DNA of 64,000 bases from an uncultured bacterium (lineage in GTDB: Bacteria > Actinomycetota > Actinomycetes > S36-B12 > CAIKAW01). Made by a program: the position numbers and the translations under genes. Below the pieces are notes generated by a model. It ran no database searches and was not told the origin of the DNA. It saw only the letters and a program-made list of their open reading frames with translations. The stretch spans positions 25,793-89,792 of the forward strand of contig CAIKAW010000081.1 in the NCBI GenBank assembly GCA_903825575.1, given 5' to 3'. The first letter of the stretch is position 1; each line of letters opens with the position of its first letter. This document shows, one piece after another, positions 59,320-64,000 of this stretch.

Positions 59320-60266
59320 GCGAGTCATTCAGTATGCGTGGTGCGGTCGATCTAGGTGCCTTGGCTAGGCGCTCGGCTTCGCCGGCCCCCGGCGCGGCAG
59401 GTCCGGTAGGGGCCGCAGCGACGCGCGGTTCCGGCTCCGGAGTGGTGCGCGATGTCACGACGGCGACTTTCGAGTCTGACGTGATTGAGCTGTCGATGAC
59501 GGTGCCGGTGATCATCGACCTTTGGGCTACTTGGTGTGAGCCGTGCAAGTCGTTGTCACCGATCTTGGAGCAACTAGCGGTTGCCGATGGGGGACGTTGG
59601 TTGCTGGCCAAGATTGACGTTGACGCCGAACAGCAGATCGCAGCGGCGTTCAAAGTGCAGTCGATTCCGTCAGTTTTCGCGGTGATTAAGGGTCAGCCGC
59701 TGCCGTTATTCCAAGGCGCTCTTCCAGCGCCTCAAGTTCGGCGGTTCATCGACGAAGTGCTGCGAGTCGCCACCGAACAAGGGCTTGTAGGCACGGTGCC
59801 AGGTGCGGTTGCCCCGAACGAGTCACAGGATGTTGAAGTCGAAGTTGAGCCGCCGCTGGATCCGCGTCTAGTTGTCGCGTTCGATGCGATCGAAGCCGGA
59901 GACTGGGATGCCGCGTCACAGGCTTATCGCGAACTACTCGCGGCCAGTCCAGCCGACCAGTTAGCCAAGGCCGGGCTAGCGCAAGTTGAGTTGTTGCGCC
60001 GTACTGATGGTCGCGATAGTGCCGTCGATGTGACTGCAGCTGATGCCGATCCGGATGATGTTGCTGCTGGCCTTCTAGCCGCCGACGCCGAGTTGATCAA
60101 CGGTGACGCGGTAGCGGCATTTAACCGATTGATCGCGCTAGTGCGCCTGACGGCGGGGCCTGAACGCAACCTGCTTCGGCTGCGGTTGCTTGAGCTGTTC
60201 GAAATCATGGGGGAGTCACCTGAGGTGGCTAGGGCGCGGACGGCTTTGGCTTCGGCGCTGTTTTAG
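59316..60266 (+). CDS. thioredoxin-domain protein with C-terminal TPR-like domain (YbbN/CnoX-like)
   Basis: It has a WCEPC active site within a thioredoxin fold (IIDLWATWCEPCKSL..IPSVFA), followed by a helical repeat domain. An ATGA overlap links it to meaB. Confidence 0.85.
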   Translation: MSESFSMRGAVDLGALARRSASPAPGAAGPVGAAATRGSGSGVVRDVTTATFESDVIELSMTVPVIIDLWATWCEPCKSLSPILEQLAVADGGRWLLAKIDVDAEQQIAAAFKVQSIPSVFAVIKGQPLPLFQGALPAPQVRRFIDEVLRVATEQGLVGTVPGAVAPNESQDVEVEVEPPLDPRLVVAFDAIEAGDWDAASQAYRELLAASPADQLAKAGLAQVELLRRTDGRDSAVDVTAADADPDDVAAGLLAADAELINGDAVAAFNRLIALVRLTAGPERNLLRLRLLELFEIMGESPEVARARTALASALF

Positions 60267-60278
60267 ATAGACGCTGTT

Positions 60279-62456
60279 CTAGTTCGGCGGGCTTTGAAGC
60301 CAGATCGTGCCGAGCGGTGGCAAGGTAAGCACGGCTGATGCCGGCCGAGCATGCCACCCAACCCCAGTTGCGTTAACGGCGCCACCGTTACCGGTGCCCG
60401 TGCCGCCAAAGGTGGTGGCGTCAGTATTCAACACTTCACTCCACTGACCAGTTCTGGGCAACCCAAGTCGGTAGCCGGCGCGAGGTACAGCCGAGAAGTT
60501 ACTCACGCACGCGATTGCGTTGCCGTCGGCGTCGTAGCGCAGCCAGGAGAAGACGTTGGCGGCGCTATCGTCTGCATCGATCCATTCGAATCCGCCTGGT
60601 TCGTGGTCGCGCGCCCATAGCGCCGGAGTCTTTACATAGCAACGGTTCAACTCAGTCAGGCAGTCTTGTACACCTTTGTTCTCGCTGTGGTCGAGCAGCC
60701 ACCAGTCAAGTCCGTTGGTTTCTGACCATTCGTTTGATTGGGCAAACTCCGCACCCATGAAGAGCAGTTTCTTGCCAGGATGCGCATAGAAGTACGCAAG
60801 GTAAGCCCGCAGTGTTGCAAAGGCCCGCCACGGATCGCCGGACATCTTTCGCAGCAAAGAGCCCTTGCCGTGCACGACCTCATCGTGTGACAACGGCAAA
60901 ACGAAGTTCTCGCTCCACTGGTAGGCGAGCGCAAACGTCAGTTCGTTGTGGTGAAACTGTCGATGGATCGGGTCATGCCCCATGTAATCAAGGCTGTCGT
61001 GCATCCAACCCATGTTCCATTTCAGGCCGAAACCAAGGCCGCCCTCGCTCGTTGGACGCGTAACGCCGGGCCATGCGGTTGATTCCTCGGCGACGGTAAT
61101 AACCCCGGGCACTCGCCGATACAGCGTGGCATTGACCTCTTGAAGCAGCGCTACTGCTTCGAGGTTCTCGCGGCCACCGTGCGTATTTGGGGTCCAGGCT
61201 CCTTCTGCTCGGGCGTAGTCCAGATAGAGCATGGAAGCAACAGCGTCGACACGAAGCCCATCAATGTGAAATTGCTCGCACCAGTAGACCGCGTTAGCAA
61301 CTAAGAAGTTGCGTACTTCAGGCCGGCCGAAGTCGAAGATCAGCGTGCCCCATTCCGGGTGCTCGCCGCGTTGAGGGTCGGGATTCTCATACAGCGCGGT
61401 TCCGTCGAAACGCGCCAAGGCGAATTCGTCGCGAGGGAAATGAGCGGGCACCCAGTCCAGCAGAACCCCTACTCCAGCCTGATGCAGGGCATCGACAAGG
61501 AACCGGAAGTCGTCGGGCGTACCAAAGCGGGAGGTGGGAGCAAAGTAGGACGTGACTTGGTAGCCCCAGGAACCGCCAAAAGGATGTTCGGCTACGGGCA
61601 GGAATTCGACGTGAGTGAAGCCACGTGCGACCACATAGTCGGTCAACTGGGTGGCAAGTTGCCGATAATCGAGCCCCGGTCGCCACGACCCGACATGAAC
61701 TTCGTAGGTGGCCATCGGTCCGAGGTGCGGATTCTTTGCTGCCCGTTGAGTTATCCAGTCGTTGTCGCCCCAGTTGTATTGCGAAGTGAACACGCGCGAG
61801 GCAGTTGCCGGGGGGACTTCGGCGTATTGCGCCATTGGATCGGCCTTGAGGTGCCAATGATCATCTGGTCCGAGGATGGCGAATTTGTAACTAGTACCGT
61901 CTAAAACATCGGGCACAAACAACTCCCAAATGCCCGACGCCCCCAGCGAACGCATGGGATGTGATGTGCCGTCCCAGAAGTTGAAATCGCCGACGACTCG
62001 AACGCCGCGGGCATTCGGTGCCCAAACGGCGAATGCCGTCCCTGTCACCGGTCCGGAGAGCGTTTCGTAGGACGTGGTGTGGGCGCCGAGGACTTGCCAA
62101 AGTTCTTCGTGGCGGCCTTCGGCAATCAGGTGCAGGTCGAGTTCGCCCAGCGTGGGCAAGAAGCGGTACGGATCGTCGGTGACCCGCACGTCGGTCCCGT
62201 ACGTTACTTCGATTCGGTAGTCGGGAACCTGCAAAAGGTCAAGCGTGCAAGACCAGATCCCGTCGATTTCGTGAGTGAAGCCGAAACGGGTGGCAGCGAT
62301 GATTGCGCAGACACTGGTTGCCAACGGCCTTAGCGTGCGGATCGTCACCGCGCCGTCTGCTAGGTGCGGGCCAAGGACCGAGTGCGGATCGTGGTGTCGA
62401 CCTGCCGCAACCAATCGCGATTGTGAGGAACCGACAGGCTGGTTGGGACCGACCAT
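60279..62456 (-). CDS. glgB: 1,4-alpha-glucan branching enzyme
   Basis: GH13 motifs are present: [21 protein letters not shown] and [10 protein letters not shown]. The start was trimmed to ATG 62456, which shares one nucleotide with the glgE TGA. The resulting N-terminus ..[18 protein letters not shown] matches remembered GlgB starts. Confidence 0.95.
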   Translation of the reverse strand: MVGPNQPVGSSQSRLVAAGRHHDPHSVLGPHLADGAVTIRTLRPLATSVCAIIAATRFGFTHEIDGIWSCTLDLLQVPDYRIEVTYGTDVRVTDDPYRFLPTLGELDLHLIAEGRHEELWQVLGAHTTSYETLSGPVTGTAFAVWAPNARGVRVVGDFNFWDGTSHPMRSLGASGIWELFVPDVLDGTSYKFAILGPDDHWHLKADPMAQYAEVPPATASRVFTSQYNWGDNDWITQRAAKNPHLGPMATYEVHVGSWRPGLDYRQLATQLTDYVVARGFTHVEFLPVAEHPFGGSWGYQVTSYFAPTSRFGTPDDFRFLVDALHQAGVGVLLDWVPAHFPRDEFALARFDGTALYENPDPQRGEHPEWGTLIFDFGRPEVRNFLVANAVYWCEQFHIDGLRVDAVASMLYLDYARAEGAWTPNTHGGRENLEAVALLQEVNATLYRRVPGVITVAEESTAWPGVTRPTSEGGLGFGLKWNMGWMHDSLDYMGHDPIHRQFHHNELTFALAYQWSENFVLPLSHDEVVHGKGSLLRKMSGDPWRAFATLRAYLAYFYAHPGKKLLFMGAEFAQSNEWSETNGLDWWLLDHSENKGVQDCLTELNRCYVKTPALWARDHEPGGFEWIDADDSAANVFSWLRYDADGNAIACVSNFSAVPRAGYRLGLPRTGQWSEVLNTDATTFGGTGTGNGGAVNATGVGWHARPASAVLTLPPLGTIWLQSPPN

Positions 62457-64000
62457 CACGATACGACCGGTTTGACCACGACTATGTGTGCGACCGCAAC
62501 TAGGGGATCGAGTCGAATGTAGGTGTCTGATCCCCAGGTCCACGTGTTTTGGGAGAGCTGATCTACGACTTCAAACCCGTCCTGCAATCCCAACGCCGCA
62601 AGATCCCAGTGCACCGTTGCTTGCCTGACGCCGCGTGGCTGCGTCGTTACCACCACGAGAACAATGTTGTCGCCATCCTGCTTCGAGTAGGCGAGAACAT
62701 CTGGTCCGGAAACCGGGTGAAAGACCAAGTTGCGCAGTTGCTGTAGGGCCGGCTGCTCGCGGCGAATCAGGTTTAGGGTTCGCAGGTACGGAGTCAGAGT
62801 CTTTCCACGCGACTCCAAACCTGTCCAGTCACGCGGGCGGTATTCATATTTCTCGGAGTCCAGGTATTCCTCGCTGCCTGGTTTCAATGCAGTTGCTTCA
62901 TAGAGTTCGAAGCCCGAATACATGCCCCAAGTCGGAGCAAGCGTTGCTGCCAGAGTGGCTCTAATCGCGAATGCGGCCGCCCCGCCCTGCTGTAAGTAGT
63001 CGCTGAGGATGTCGGGAGTATTGACGAACAGGTTTGGCCGCATGAACGATGCGGCCGGCCCACTCAACTCGGTCAAGTATTCGACGATCTCGGCGGGCTG
63101 ATTGCGCCAAGTAAAGTACGTGTAACTCTGATGGAAGCCGACTTCGCCAAGGGCTCGCATCATTGCCGGACCGGTAAATGCTTCGGCCAAGAACAGGATG
63201 TCCGGGTGACTGGTTGCCACCCGCCGCAAAAGCTCGTCCCAAAATGTGAGTGGTTTGGTATGCGGGTTGTCGACCCGGAAGATGCGCACCCCCGCGTCCG
63301 CCCAGAAGCCGATGATGCGTTCAGCTTCGTTCAACAGTCCGGGTAGGTCGACGTCGAAGTTGATCGGATAAATGTCTTGATAGCGCTTGGGTGGATTCTC
63401 GGCATAGGCGATCGAGCCGTCGGCGCGGGTGACGAACCATTCGGGATGGGCATTGACCCAAGGGTGGTCGGGAGAAACTTGCAGTGCGAAGTCCAAGGCG
63501 ACCTCTAGGCCAAGATCTTTCGCCCTAGCCACGAAGTCCACAAAATCGGCCAAAGTTCCAAGATCCGGGTGGACAGCATCGTGGCCACCCGCAGTTGCGC
63601 CGATGGCCCACGGAGACCCAGGATCGCCAGGGGCCGCGGTAAGGCCGTTGTTCGGGCCCTTTCGAAATGCATTGCCGATTGGATGAATCGGTGGCAGGTA
63701 AATGACGTCGAACCCGGCGTCGGCTATGGCAGCGAGCCGTTTGGATGCCGTAGCGAAAGTCCCAGACTTTGGTGGTCTTTGGCGCGCCCCTTCTGAACGG
63801 GGAAAGAACTCATACCAACTTCCGAAGAGTGCGCGTTCGCGTTCGACGCGCAACGGCCACGGCCCGCATTCGCAAACGAGATCGCGCAGCGGGAACTGTC
63901 CGAGCAATTCCCAAACCGGATCGGCTAGCGCCACTGCTAGTCGGTGCTCAGGCGGTATTAAGTTGTCGCTCAACGCGGCGATCGCTTGCTTTATCGGTTG
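62456..64000 (-). CDS. glgE: alpha-1,4-glucan:maltose-1-phosphate maltosyltransferase, 5'-truncated by window end
   Basis: It has [23 protein letters not shown] and LFLAEAFT. The reading frame stays open for the 9 codons between 63973 and the window end, so the gene continues upstream. Confidence 0.9.
   Translation of the reverse strand, partial: QPIKQAIAALSDNLIPPEHRLAVALADPVWELLGQFPLRDLVCECGPWPLRVERERALFGSWYEFFPRSEGARQRPPKSGTFATASKRLAAIADAGFDVIYLPPIHPIGNAFRKGPNNGLTAAPGDPGSPWAIGATAGGHDAVHPDLGTLADFVDFVARAKDLGLEVALDFALQVSPDHPWVNAHPEWFVTRADGSIAYAENPPKRYQDIYPINFDVDLPGLLNEAERIIGFWADAGVRIFRVDNPHTKPLTFWDELLRRVATSHPDILFLAEAFTGPAMMRALGEVGFHQSYTYFTWRNQPAEIVEYLTELSGPAASFMRPNLFVNTPDILSDYLQQGGAAAFAIRATLAATLAPTWGMYSGFELYEATALKPGSEEYLDSEKYEYRPRDWTGLESRGKTLTPYLRTLNLIRREQPALQQLRNLVFHPVSGPDVLAYSKQDGDNIVLVVVTTQPRGVRQATVHWDLAALGLQDGFEVVDQLSQNTWTWGSDTYIRLDPLVAVAHIVVVKPVVS

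Noticed and set aside
58682-59653. 323-aa minus-strand ORF antisense to meaB and the thioredoxin gene, and similar long antisense ORFs at 33706..34590, 34728..35573, 28530..29216 and 30981..32087.
   Set aside because: All overlap genes with unambiguous catalytic motifs on the other strand. All have Arg/Pro/Ala-rich, stop-free off-frame composition typical of high-GC genomes.
62456-63973. An N-terminally truncated GlgE (505 aa) lacking the usual N-terminal domains.
   Set aside because: The frame remains open from 63974 to the window end. The apparent start is only the first TTG in the visible part, so the truncation is a window-edge artefact.

Overview
High-GC actinobacterial chromosomal segment, densely packed, with about 60 protein genes and one tRNA. 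No rRNA, CRISPR array, transposase or integrase is visible. From memory of Mycobacterium tuberculosis gene order, most of the window is conserved housekeeping backbone. One block is ettA, glbO, pepN and a DsbA-like Rv2466c homologue. The second block is argS-lysA-hom-thrC-thrB-rho-rpmE-prfA-prmC-tsaC-wecA, then the atp operon, PduO-type adenosyltransferase, murA, nucS, thiolase, a thioredoxin-TPR protein, and glgB-glgE. Non-backbone content includes glyA, a B12-dependent acyl-CoA mutase fused into the murA operon, and ethylmalonyl-CoA-pathway genes (tandem hbd, ccr, epimerase, thiolase, meaB). It also includes a six-gene group-3b-type [NiFe] hydrogenase operon lying directly behind ccr. Four things seem most worth a second look. 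(1) The ccr/epimerase-hydrogenase juxtaposition. (2) A cNMP-like sensor domain without a DNA-binding domain, translationally coupled inside the hydrogenase operon. (3) A short interspersed repeat with a 25-nt conserved core and period-3 substitutions, found in three intergenic regions. (4) An 8 x 11-bp tandem array that grows out of the last codons of ettA. Many start codons were re-placed relative to the ORF track, using start/stop overlaps, Shine-Dalgarno-like sequences and remembered homologue N-termini. All functional calls rest on motifs read from the translations, not on database searches.
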